Part shown: positions 7,910-16,780 of the stretch, in pieces
Layout: each line of letters opens with the position of its first letter
How positions within the stretch are numbered: position 1 is the first letter of the stretch
IMG/VR virus record: IMGVR_UViG_3300025009_000080
Coordinates: 1-64,000 of that record
Source: a virus
DNA length: 64,000 bases
Direction: 5' to 3' (one strand)
Translations under genes and position numbers: made by a program
The notes under the pieces: model-generated
Databases searched by the model: none
What the model was told of the DNA's origin: nothing
What the model saw: only the letters and a program-made list of their open reading frames with translations

Positions 7910-8302
7910 ATGAAAGTAACCTTTTACACCGACCCAGAAGGCAGTATTTTTGCCTACTTCCCAAATGAAATTTGCGATTCACAAAACAACCGGCAAAGCT
8001 ACGCACATATAGGGCAGCATTCAGCTTGCAGCCCTGAATACGTCAAAGAGTGCAAGCCAGCAAAGCACAAAGATTATAAAGATCTATTAAGCGAACTTGA
8101 AAACATAGGATATTCAAATCTTCAAATTACCAACCCCAAGGAAAAAATCTACAGCCCTCTTAATATGTGCAAAAAAGCATACAGAGAGGCGCGGACACAG
8201 AAAGGCAGACAGGCAGCAATGAACAGGGCAATGTTAAATTTGCCACGTTTAGAGCAGGTCAAATTTCTAAACTGGCAAATAAAATACATGAAGGGAGAAT
8301 AA
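7910..8302 (+). CDS. hypothetical early protein
   Basis: FAYFP...SYAHIGQHSACS pattern. Confidence 0.75.
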   Translation: MKVTFYTDPEGSIFAYFPNEICDSQNNRQSYAHIGQHSACSPEYVKECKPAKHKDYKDLLSELENIGYSNLQITNPKEKIYSPLNMCKKAYREARTQKGRQAAMNRAMLNLPRLEQVKFLNWQIKYMKGE

Positions 8303-8398
8303 AATGGGAACACCAGATATTTTAGCCTACTCAATAATATTAATCTGTATAATAGGGGCAGCGATATTTTGCCCTTATTATCCTAAAAAATCAAAGCC

Positions 8399-8635
8399 AT
8401 GAAACGATTAACAGTTACCCAGAAAGTAGAAGCGTTGAATAATGCTTTACAGCATTATAGTTTCCCTGAAAAGTACTTCATTCAACAAGCAGACGGAAGA
8501 ATAGGACATAAGTTTGCAATAGCATCAAAACCAGAGGAAAGGTCATTGCATATACACACATCTTATATGACCTATGAAGAAATGAATAGTTTCTTTATAG
8601 GATATTCACAGGCAACAAGGAACCCTCTGAAATAA
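8399..8635 (+). CDS. hypothetical early protein
   Basis: In operon. Confidence 0.65.
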   Translation: MKRLTVTQKVEALNNALQHYSFPEKYFIQQADGRIGHKFAIASKPEERSLHIHTSYMTYEEMNSFFIGYSQATRNPLK

Positions 8636-8640
8636 CAGCC

Positions 8641-8856
8641 ATGAAAGCACCAATATGTTTTTTAAGCAAGACTTTTGCCGGTCACGGTCATTACAAAATA
8701 ACCATTGACATAGGACAGAAGCTAACAGGAATAACAACAAATATGCCAGCAGTTGACAGCAACGACCACCGGCTACTGGCAGAAGAAGTACTAATCCACA
8801 ACGGATTAAACCCGGAGGATTACGACATGGAAAGTATTATTAAACCTGAAAATTGA
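8641..8856 (+). CDS. hypothetical early protein
   Basis: GHGHYKITI...TTNMPAVD pattern. Confidence 0.65.
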   Translation: MKAPICFLSKTFAGHGHYKITIDIGQKLTGITTNMPAVDSNDHRLLAEEVLIHNGLNPEDYDMESIIKPEN

Positions 8857-8861
8857 TTAAA

Positions 8862-9029
8862 ATGAGAACATTCGGACAGGCATATGATTATGCGTTGAAA
8901 GCATACATAAACACAGGCACTATCCAATACATTATTTACAATCACGTAAGATGTAAATACAGGGTAAGTAAGCAATTAAGGTATTCAATAAACGAGGAGT
9001 TAGCTAATTTTGTAAATTCAATAATATGA
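8862..9029 (+). CDS. small hypothetical protein
   Basis: Fills the gap; ATGA overlap with the next gene. Confidence 0.5.
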   Translation: MRTFGQAYDYALKAYINTGTIQYIIYNHVRCKYRVSKQLRYSINEELANFVNSII

Positions 9030-9211
9030 AACAATTCTTAGTGGTTTGGCTTGAGCCAGAATACAAGCAAGAAATAAAAAAAGTAGCCGGCATGGCTAAA
9101 TTTAGCCTTAATGCAGGGTACACTGAAGACGACAGGGCAGAAATTAAGATACTGAATGTCGGGAAATTTCACCGGATTGATAGCCACCATCTAATACTCA
9201 GGCTGAAATGA
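9026..9211 (+). CDS. small hypothetical protein
   Basis: Coupled overlaps on both sides. Confidence 0.6.
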   Translation: MKQFLVVWLEPEYKQEIKKVAGMAKFSLNAGYTEDDRAEIKILNVGKFHRIDSHHLILRLK

Positions 9212-9375
9212 AAACCTACATAGTTCAGTACTTCAACCAGAGGCATGAAGTAATAGACGAGGCAAGCCTTACAGCCGAAAGCCTAAGCCATGCTAAGAAA
9301 CTGGCAGCATACCACAAACGAAGGTGGTTAAATAATTCTAAGCTGATAAAAACCGTAGTTAAAATGGTACACTGA
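9208..9375 (+). CDS. small hypothetical protein
   Basis: ATGA and TGATG overlaps. Confidence 0.55.
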   Translation: MKTYIVQYFNQRHEVIDEASLTAESLSHAKKLAAYHKRRWLNNSKLIKTVVKMVH

Positions 9376-9611
9376 TGGATCATATAGCGACAATAAGGGA
9401 CTACACCCGACTATATAAAATACGGTATGGGTTTGACCGGCACTTGCTGAGTGAACTATTAAACCGGAGAATTGACATTGCAACATCTATCCTGATGGAT
9501 TTTGACCTTAAAAAGCATGACAAGAAACTGTATAAGCAGTTAGCCGAAATTGAACAGCAAATCATTAACTTAATATATTTAGAGCATGGAAACACCAACA
9601 AAATACCCTAA
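9375..9611 (+). CDS. hypothetical protein
   Basis: In operon. Confidence 0.6.
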   Translation: MDHIATIRDYTRLYKIRYGFDRHLLSELLNRRIDIATSILMDFDLKKHDKKLYKQLAEIEQQIINLIYLEHGNTNKIP

Positions 9612-9789
9612 TTTTGTGTATAATAGTGCCGGGAGATGCTACTATCACTATAAAGAAATAGGATATGTAGGACAGTCTGAAACTGACAAGCGCAGGATTA
9701 AAGAAATCCGCAAACGCTGGGCAAAACCTACCTTCCTGCTAAGATCATTCAAAGGAATTGTAATCGTTTATCATAAATATCCTGTATGA
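9586..9789 (+). CDS. hypothetical protein
   Basis: In operon. Confidence 0.55.
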   Translation: METPTKYPNFVYNSAGRCYYHYKEIGYVGQSETDKRRIKEIRKRWAKPTFLLRSFKGIVIVYHKYPV

Positions 9790-9902
9790 GAAATCAAATG
9801 CACAGTAAGACAGCAGACATAATCGAGATCATTGCAATGATCCTGATAGTAGCCACCATAGTAATTTCAATATTTAAATAACATTAAAAACCTATAAATA
9901 TC

Positions 9903-10124
9903 ATGGGACTCACTAAATCAGAAAGACACAATAGAATGTTAGACAAAACATTTGACCACTACAGACATCACCAAGCATCTTTGCCTCCATGCACCCTATA
10001 CAGCAGGTTCTTAGAAATAGCAGAGGAAAAGCTGGGAATCAGTAAAGATGAAGCACGGAGACAATACGGTCTTTATACCGTTCAAGAATGGGAAACTCTA
10101 TTAAAATTAGGTTGGAATAAGTAA
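9903..10124 (+). CDS. hypothetical protein
   Basis: In operon. Confidence 0.65.
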   Translation: MGLTKSERHNRMLDKTFDHYRHHQASLPPCTLYSRFLEIAEEKLGISKDEARRQYGLYTVQEWETLLKLGWNK

Positions 10125-10136
10125 TTGCATACCGAC

Positions 10137-10358
10137 ATGAAAATAGAGATATTAGCCATAAAAGGCACGGCACAGATCCCACTAACAATCATTGAAGCTG
10201 AATCTATTGATTTAGCACTCGACGAGGCGCAAACACAACTAACCATGAATTATTTTTGGGGAGTGTATTGTATAAAGGCAAAGGCAGATGTAAGAAAGCT
10301 ATCCTTAATTGGTCGCCCGGTAGTTGATACAGTATTAACCAAGCATCAAATTAACTAA
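10137..10358 (+). CDS. hypothetical protein
   Basis: Probable start MKIEIL at 10137. Confidence 0.55.
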   Translation: MKIEILAIKGTAQIPLTIIEAESIDLALDEAQTQLTMNYFWGVYCIKAKADVRKLSLIGRPVVDTVLTKHQIN

Positions 10359-10359
10359 C

Positions 10360-10689
10360 ATGGGCTGCAAATCTACTTTATACGTCAATTCATGCGATGG
10401 AGCCATAGCATTTATGGTAACGCCTGAATTTATTACAGCAATCAAGAAGGCCGTCAGAATATCTAAGTCTATTAACCGGGAAACAGACGGTTTTATTACA
10501 GGAGTAAAGATATTTCTGACAACGGTCATCCTATCATGCAAGGTAAAGCCAGGGCTGGCAAATGAAAACGTGCTGATCCGACACAAGACAGGAGACACGA
10601 AAGAACAGTACATTGTTCACCCGGACGGTATTGTTTCTGAAATATGCGGAGACGGCTGGTTTAACTCCGATTTAATAACAGCGTTGTAG
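10360..10689 (+). CDS. hypothetical protein
   Basis: In operon. Confidence 0.6.
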   Translation: MGCKSTLYVNSCDGAIAFMVTPEFITAIKKAVRISKSINRETDGFITGVKIFLTTVILSCKVKPGLANENVLIRHKTGDTKEQYIVHPDGIVSEICGDGWFNSDLITAL

Positions 10690-10721
10690 TTCGCTTGTTA
10701 ATAACTTTTTATTAACTTCAC

Positions 10722-10752
10722 TTGACTTCACTTTATTAATGTATTACATTTG
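10722..10752 (+). promoter_or_regulatory. promoter TTGACT-N17-TACATTTG
   Basis: Same architecture as the other promoters; TGTTAATAAC box upstream at 10696-10705. Confidence 0.7.
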
Positions 10753-10756
10753 CGAC

Positions 10757-11092
10757 ATGGGAAAAGAATTGAAAACGGATATTTCGGAGACCCCTCCGAC
10801 TGCTAATTTAAAGCTGAATATAGTCAGTCTTAAATATGAGTACAAGAAAAGGTTTAAGGCGATTACAGTTGACCACATCTTAATTGGGAGAATCCGCAAG
10901 GGAGTACTCCGGTATGAACGGGTATTGAAACCCTATTTGGGATATGGCGGATATAGAACTGAAAGACGAATTGCATTTGATGTAATCCCTCAGAGCAAAA
11001 TTCAGGACTATGAAGATAATATGATTAACTACCTTGTTAAAGTTGACAGGGAGTGGTATTTGTGTCTTGTTGATTTGAAAACAATAAACTAA
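10757..11092 (+). CDS. hypothetical protein
   Basis: Start placed downstream of the -7 element. Confidence 0.6.
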   Translation: MGKELKTDISETPPTANLKLNIVSLKYEYKKRFKAITVDHILIGRIRKGVLRYERVLKPYLGYGGYRTERRIAFDVIPQSKIQDYEDNMINYLVKVDREWYLCLVDLKTIN

Positions 11093-11104
11093 AAACTATA
11101 GATA

Positions 11105-12142
11105 ATGAAAGCAAAGATTAAAGAATTTTGTAAGAGAATCGGTATTACAGGGAGTCAATACGGCGGTATTGACACAGTAGGTGGTGGCTTGTATTTAAGC
11201 GGACTGACCTCGATACCAGAAGGGTTTAATCCAACAGTAGGTGGTGACTTAGATTTAAGAGGACTGACCTCGATACCAGAAGGGTTTAATCCAACAGTAG
11301 GTGGTGGCTTGTATTTAAGCGGACTGACCTCGATACCAGAAGGGTTTAATCCAACAGTAGGTGGTGGCTTGTATTTAAGAGGACTGACCTCGATACCAGA
11401 AGGGTTTAATCCAACAGTAGGTGGTGGCTTGTATTTAAGCGGACTGACCTCGATACCAGAAGGGTTTAATCCAACAGTAGGTGGTGGCTTAGATTTAAGC
11501 GGACTGACCTCGATACCAGAAGGGTTTAATCCAACAGTAGGTGGTGGCTTAGATTTAAGCGGACTGACCTCGATACCAGAAGGGTTTAATCCTACCGTGG
11601 GTGGCTCTTTAGATTTGAGTAGCCTCACCTCAATCCCAGAAGGTTTCAATCCTACCGTGGCTGGCGATTTATATTTGAGTAGCCTCACCTCAAAACATAA
11701 AAAATTACCATCAGGGTTTTTATTTTCATGGCAAAACGGGAAATACGTAAAAGCTGATGGAATGTTCACAGAAGTTGTTTCGCACAAAAGCAACGTATAT
11801 CGTGTGAAAAAGATAGCAAAAAAGGACACCTTCTACTTAATCACAGATGGTAAAAAGTTTGCGCATGGAGAAACATTAAAAGAAGCCAAAGACGACTTGA
11901 TGTATAAGATCAGTGACAAAAACAAGTCCGATTACAAACACTTAAAACTCTCCGACATACTTACTTTTGAAGAAGGAATTATGTGTTACAGAGTTATTAC
12001 TGGTGCTTGCTCATTTGGTACTAAAGACTTTGTAAAAAACAGGCTCGAAAAGAAGAAGCCAAAATACAGCATATCCGAAATAATAACACTTACTCGCAAT
12101 GAGTATGGGGGAAGCACATTCGGTAATTTCTTTAACAAATGA
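11105..12142 (+). CDS. LRR-like tandem-repeat protein
   Basis: About 9 copies of TVGGxLxLxGLTSIPEGFNP, then an AHGETLKEA...RVITGACSFG C-terminal domain. Confidence 0.9.
   Translation: MKAKIKEFCKRIGITGSQYGGIDTVGGGLYLSGLTSIPEGFNPTVGGDLDLRGLTSIPEGFNPTVGGGLYLSGLTSIPEGFNPTVGGGLYLRGLTSIPEGFNPTVGGGLYLSGLTSIPEGFNPTVGGGLDLSGLTSIPEGFNPTVGGGLDLSGLTSIPEGFNPTVGGSLDLSSLTSIPEGFNPTVAGDLYLSSLTSKHKKLPSGFLFSWQNGKYVKADGMFTEVVSHKSNVYRVKKIAKKDTFYLITDGKKFAHGETLKEAKDDLMYKISDKNKSDYKHLKLSDILTFEEGIMCYRVITGACSFGTKDFVKNRLEKKKPKYSISEIITLTRNEYGGSTFGNFFNK
11174..11690. repeat. 60-bp tandem repeat (7 near-identical + 2 diverged units)
   Basis: ACAGTAGGTGGTGGCTTGTATTTAAGCGGACTGACCTCGATACCAGAAGGGTTTAATCCA. Confidence 0.97.
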
Positions 12143-12609
12143 AATACCATATCCATATACTGTATAAAAAGGTAGCCGGTCAGGCTAAGTTATACCTAAA
12201 TAACTACGACAGCCTGATCCAACAGCTAACAGAACGATTCAAGGGAGAAAACGACAGCTTTGAAATGTATGGAGAACTCAAAATCCTCGATTTTAAAGCG
12301 AATTACGCACAGTTTGGATACCTACACGCAGAAGTATTCCAAAAGATCGCACAAGGGTACAGGGACGCAGGCTGGCAGGGCTTTGATTGGGAGGACGCAA
12401 AGCGGGAAATGAAAAAACTCTTTTTCTCAAAGCAGATCACAAATGAGTTAACAGGAGAAATAATCCTATCACCCCGCAGCCTTGCAGATGCAGATAAAGA
12501 CGAAATGACAAGCTTTATTCAGTCCTGCATACAGCTTGGTTCAGAATATCTGAATGTTAAAATTGAATCACCGGAAGAATATAAAGAACGCAAAAACAAG
12601 AAACAATGA
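12139..12609 (+). CDS. NinB-like recombination-associated protein (tentative)
   Basis: QFGYLHAEVF...SLADADKDEMTSFIQSCIQLG pattern. Confidence 0.5.
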   Translation: MKYHIHILYKKVAGQAKLYLNNYDSLIQQLTERFKGENDSFEMYGELKILDFKANYAQFGYLHAEVFQKIAQGYRDAGWQGFDWEDAKREMKKLFFSKQITNELTGEIILSPRSLADADKDEMTSFIQSCIQLGSEYLNVKIESPEEYKERKNKKQ

Positions 12610-13178
12610 AAACAAGAAGACCAAAAGCCTCACGTCCCACATTCAAAACTCCGATCCATTTAGCATGCAGCGATGATCAATTGCGGGAAGCTCTTATGTA
12701 TATCCATTTTGCAGACGGATGGGCATACGGTACGGATGCACACATTATTGCGTGCTGCTACCTACACGAATTTGATTTAACCCACGAGGAGATTAAATTA
12801 CTCAATGGTAAGTCTATTCACAAAGATCAGTTTGCCCAATTTTATAGAAAGATGGTACGGGTAACACCGGAGGGGATTTACGTGCCTGAATACAAATGCA
12901 CATACGCACTGAGAGATTCGGCTGAATGGAATAAATCAGAAGGAGAATCAATTACACAATGGATGCTAAAAGCCGTAAATTCAAAAATCGACAAAGAACA
13001 GGTTGATGAAATCTGTATCCATGCCGGTTTGCTGCAAAGATTATCAAAATGTATAGGCGAGAGCGGAGTAATCCTAAACTTCAAAACAAACAGGCACGCA
13101 ATTAAATGTACATCAATAACGAGTAAGAATTCTCATTATGGTTACATTATGCCGCTTTCTATAAGCAATAACTACTAA
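12606..13178 (+). CDS. beta-sliding-clamp-like partial domain protein (tentative)
   Basis: ACSDDQLREALMYIHF...AYGTDAHII resembles the DnaN middle-domain motif; C-terminal GYIMP. Confidence 0.5.
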   Translation: MKTRRPKASRPTFKTPIHLACSDDQLREALMYIHFADGWAYGTDAHIIACCYLHEFDLTHEEIKLLNGKSIHKDQFAQFYRKMVRVTPEGIYVPEYKCTYALRDSAEWNKSEGESITQWMLKAVNSKIDKEQVDEICIHAGLLQRLSKCIGESGVILNFKTNRHAIKCTSITSKNSHYGYIMPLSISNNY

Positions 13179-13184
13179 TACACT

Positions 13185-13415
13185 ATGAAAAAAATAATAA
13201 TTACATTAGTAACATCCTTTGGCTCAGGCAAACCCTACCAAAGCGATATAAGGGAAGTCTCTGATGAAGAACTTGCCACACTTGTCAAAATGATTGAACT
13301 TGCTATATCTGACAAGACAGACTATTTTAAAATACCACATAATGGAGGAGACACTTACTTTCCATCCGAGGTGGTAAAAACATCTATAATAACGATTAAG
13401 CAAATCAAACCATGA
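13185..13415 (+). CDS. hypothetical protein
   Basis: In operon. Confidence 0.6.
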   Translation: MKKIIITLVTSFGSGKPYQSDIREVSDEELATLVKMIELAISDKTDYFKIPHNGGDTYFPSEVVKTSIITIKQIKP

Positions 13416-13987
13416 AATCATTCCTGACTAAATTCATCTTTGCGCTCCTTTGTTGCGCTCTCTTTGCCGGAGTTGTTTCCGGGCAAACCAGAGGTATTAA
13501 CTACTCTGACACGGTTACGCCAAAACAAATAGAGTTTAATATTTCACCTTCTGTTTTGTATTCAATTACCAATGTAAGCAAACAATACCTGAGTGATAAC
13601 AAATACTCATTAGCCTGCTTCTTTGCAGACGGGCTACTCGACTGCACAACCGAAATGATACGGTATGATAAAAAGGCGTTTTTTCGTGTATTCCCTAACG
13701 CTAACCCTGAATTTTGGGATATAAATTTATGTGGTGGTAATAAGTGGAAAGGCGGATTAAGGGAAAACGGTGAAGCGTTTCCGGGATCGTCAAGTTTTTT
13801 CGCCTGGACTCGTGATGGCTATCACTTAACACGAACAGGGAGTAGTATATTGATTTGCATAGGGCAAGCATCGAAAAACAGCGACGCAAACCAATCCTTT
13901 AAATACAGGCTTGTCGACGCCATAATACATCAGAGCGTTAAGGCAATTGGCTACACAATTGCAGAAAGATTAATCTATAAACACTAA
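13412..13987 (+). CDS. signal-peptide-bearing hypothetical protein
   Basis: Signal ...GVVSG|Q; FWD...NKWK...FPGS...DGYHL pattern. Confidence 0.7.
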   Translation: MKSFLTKFIFALLCCALFAGVVSGQTRGINYSDTVTPKQIEFNISPSVLYSITNVSKQYLSDNKYSLACFFADGLLDCTTEMIRYDKKAFFRVFPNANPEFWDINLCGGNKWKGGLRENGEAFPGSSSFFAWTRDGYHLTRTGSSILICIGQASKNSDANQSFKYRLVDAIIHQSVKAIGYTIAERLIYKH

Positions 13988-13991
13988 TTTT

Positions 13992-15002
13992 ATGAACCAA
14001 CTAACACCCGAACAAGTTAAGGCACTGTACTTTGATGCAGATGCAATTCAGCTACCTCCCTATCAACTGTATCAGTTGAATCACATGGGTAAGCGAATGT
14101 ATTACTCACATGAAATAACAGATAGTGGGTCAGTAATAAAGTTCTATGCCGGAGTAACCACTCTGCTTCATGCCGTAATGAAAGAAGCCGACCAGTTGGC
14201 TATTTGGAGAGAGAATATGGGCAGGGCAGCAGCAGAAGCCTATATGAATAATAAGGCACTGTATGGGAGTATGATGCACACTGTATTGACAAGATTTCTG
14301 ATTGACAAGGCATTTGACCTTGACCAGTTACCAATGCTTGTTGTGGAGTACTGCAATAAAAACGAAATCCCTATTGAAAAAGGATGGGCGTACGACATTC
14401 AGCACGACCTTACAGCATTCAGTCGGTTTGTGAAAGAGTACGAAATTAAGCCTATCCTGATTGAAGCTCCAATGAAGTCAGATGCTTTTGGTATTGCCGG
14501 GACTTGCGACCTGCTTGCCGAAATTACCATTGAAGAGAAAGGGTATTGGGGAGAGGAGTACAAAACAGGCGACAAAAAAGGCGAACCAAAGGAAACAAAG
14601 AAGCCGATCCGGGTACTGGCACTCATTGATTACAAATCAAATCGCTCAGGGAGCTTCTATGAAAGCCATGAAATTCAGCTTGAGATGTATGAACATCTGG
14701 TAAAAGAAACGTTCCCGCAGTACAAAGACACACCCATCAGGTTGTATAACTGGTCTCCGAAAGATTGGGAAACAAACCCTGATTACAATTTCAGGGAGCA
14801 GACCGGAAAGCATTTGCCGGAAATCCTGCCTGCATACATCACTATATTCCGGGATAAACAGAAATCTGATCCGGCATTGCGTAATATCCTGTCATTCTCA
14901 GGTATCCTTGACCTTGAAAAGGAATACTGCTGGGAAGAAGTAATCACTATAAAACAACTCAAAGATGTCATCGGGAAGAATCATTCGTCCGGAAAGCAGT
15001 AA
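13992..15002 (+). CDS. PD-(D/E)XK exonuclease
   Basis: GVTTLL, GSMMH, IAGTCDLL, LIDYKS, QLEMY. Confidence 0.85.
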   Translation: MNQLTPEQVKALYFDADAIQLPPYQLYQLNHMGKRMYYSHEITDSGSVIKFYAGVTTLLHAVMKEADQLAIWRENMGRAAAEAYMNNKALYGSMMHTVLTRFLIDKAFDLDQLPMLVVEYCNKNEIPIEKGWAYDIQHDLTAFSRFVKEYEIKPILIEAPMKSDAFGIAGTCDLLAEITIEEKGYWGEEYKTGDKKGEPKETKKPIRVLALIDYKSNRSGSFYESHEIQLEMYEHLVKETFPQYKDTPIRLYNWSPKDWETNPDYNFREQTGKHLPEILPAYITIFRDKQKSDPALRNILSFSGILDLEKEYCWEEVITIKQLKDVIGKNHSSGKQ

Positions 15003-15744
15003 GCCTGCTGCCGGATTGGGACGCATAGGAAAAATAAAGATAGGGCAGAAAGTACCCGGACAAACCGGGGAACGCCCTGTCAGCCTTGACTATTTTAGGG
15101 CAACAGGAGACTACGCTCAGAAGTTCAAAGAGGTGTATGGTGATAAGCCTACGAACATCAAAATAGTATTCATGTCAGACGAACCCACGCTATCCTGTTT
15201 GGAAGAATGGGACGGCAGGGACTCTCAAGGCAGACGTGCAGGGTATGGAGACGGCAGAACCACCCACCTTTGGAACGGCAAAGAGTATGTTATTGTCGAT
15301 AAGGACAAGGCGGAAGCCTATTCAAAAGAGAAGGGGATTAAATGGAATATCGTTCTTACCCTTAACTTTATCATTCCTGCAATTTCTGGTGTACTTGGAC
15401 TATGGACATTCAGCACAAAGGGAGATAAAAGCAGTATCCCTCAGATCCGGAATACCTTTGATACGATCCTTGAAAGGCTTGGAACGGTTGTTAATGTACC
15501 GTTTGACCTTTGTGTAAGGAAGGTGAAATCACAGAATCCTGGCAGTACTTTATTGTTCCCTGTTGTAACACTGGTTCCTAATATTTCACAGGAAAGTATA
15601 GAGGTAGTAAAGAACTACCTGTCAGCAGGGAACAATATCCTACAATTGGGGATGCTTACTGATGAAAAAGTGAATACCATAAAGGCACTGCCTCCAAAGC
15701 CAGATGAATTAACTGATTATGAAGAAGTCAAGGAGGAAAAGTGA
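14965..15744 (+). CDS. Gp3-like (recombination directionality factor-like) protein, likely exonuclease partner
   Basis: LGRIGKIKIGQK...RPVSLDYFR; directly follows the exonuclease. Confidence 0.65.
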   Translation: MSSGRIIRPESSKPAAGLGRIGKIKIGQKVPGQTGERPVSLDYFRATGDYAQKFKEVYGDKPTNIKIVFMSDEPTLSCLEEWDGRDSQGRRAGYGDGRTTHLWNGKEYVIVDKDKAEAYSKEKGIKWNIVLTLNFIIPAISGVLGLWTFSTKGDKSSIPQIRNTFDTILERLGTVVNVPFDLCVRKVKSQNPGSTLLFPVVTLVPNISQESIEVVKNYLSAGNNILQLGMLTDEKVNTIKALPPKPDELTDYEEVKEEK

Positions 15745-16052
15745 AACATTTAATAGACTACGCACTCCTTCAGGAATGGGGATTTATATGGTGTACGATA
15801 CAGAATATTGATAATGAAGAAGTTTGCACCAGCTATTTTTTAAAAGAAATACAAGGCAGTAGTATTCATAATTACAATTCAATAATGCTAAGTGTAGTCC
15901 CGAATGATTATTTTCAACATGAGTGGATACTATCAATTGCGGGAGATACAACCCAATACGGAGGATTGTTATTTCGTGGTTGTATTAGAAACGCTGCTTC
16001 TCTGGATATTATTTTAGGATCATGCCTAATATTTAAACCACTAAAACACTAA
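15741..16052 (+). CDS. hypothetical protein
   Basis: GTGA overlap. Confidence 0.6.
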   Translation: MKHLIDYALLQEWGFIWCTIQNIDNEEVCTSYFLKEIQGSSIHNYNSIMLSVVPNDYFQHEWILSIAGDTTQYGGLLFRGCIRNAASLDIILGSCLIFKPLKH

Positions 16053-16318
16053 TGACAAGGCGCAGAGAACATACTTACGAACCACCGACAGACCTTGTCG
16101 GTCAGTTACAGGAAATGAACTTTCTGATACAGGATTGTGCTGAATGGGCTGCTGTACTTGAAAACGAATACGTAAACGAGTACCGCAGATCATTCAAAAT
16201 GAAAATGGCTGAACTTGAAAGTAAAGCATTCGCCCTCAAGAGGCAGCTTGATAAGATAACACCGGATGAATTTAAAATAAGGAGTAATTACGACATTAAA
16301 AAATCCAACCAACCATGA
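16052..16318 (+). CDS. hypothetical protein
   Basis: In operon. Confidence 0.6.
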   Translation: MTRRREHTYEPPTDLVGQLQEMNFLIQDCAEWAAVLENEYVNEYRRSFKMKMAELESKAFALKRQLDKITPDEFKIRSNYDIKKSNQP

Positions 16319-16773
16319 AAACAAAGAGTAGCTTTTTTACAGCTTTTGACAGACGAGTATTAGGGTTTGCTTTCGGGCTAATAATTGGTGTTCCAATGTT
16401 GATATTCGTGCTTATCCCAAATTCAGTGAGAAAACACGAAAAAGAACACGCCATCCCTGCATTCGACACCGCACTCGATAGTAAAGTGTTCAATACTATC
16501 ACGAAAGAGGATACTGTATTCCACGAAGTACTGTATTCGGGTACAGATAAAGGATTTTACCACAAAATACGCTACAAACCATTTGAGCTTTTTGTATCAC
16601 ATATCCCATGCGTACCTTATAAAACAACAGAAAATATCAGGATAATAATGACTACATACGAGGGAGAAGGTAAAATTATTGAAGCAGACAGACATGGAGT
16701 CAGTGATACAACCATGAAAATACTAAAGAATATTGTTTTAAAGAAAGAACGAGAACTTAACCCTAATAACTAA
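16315..16773 (+). CDS. membrane-anchored protein
   Basis: N-terminal TM VLGFAFGLIIGVPMLIFVLI. Confidence 0.7.
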   Translation: MKTKSSFFTAFDRRVLGFAFGLIIGVPMLIFVLIPNSVRKHEKEHAIPAFDTALDSKVFNTITKEDTVFHEVLYSGTDKGFYHKIRYKPFELFVSHIPCVPYKTTENIRIIMTTYEGEGKIIEADRHGVSDTTMKILKNIVLKKERELNPNN

Positions 16774-16780
16774 CCAAAAA

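Noticed and set aside
11155-11829. Minus-strand repeat ORF; CRISPR-like periodicity
   Set aside because: Antisense of the 60-bp coding repeat; no spacers.
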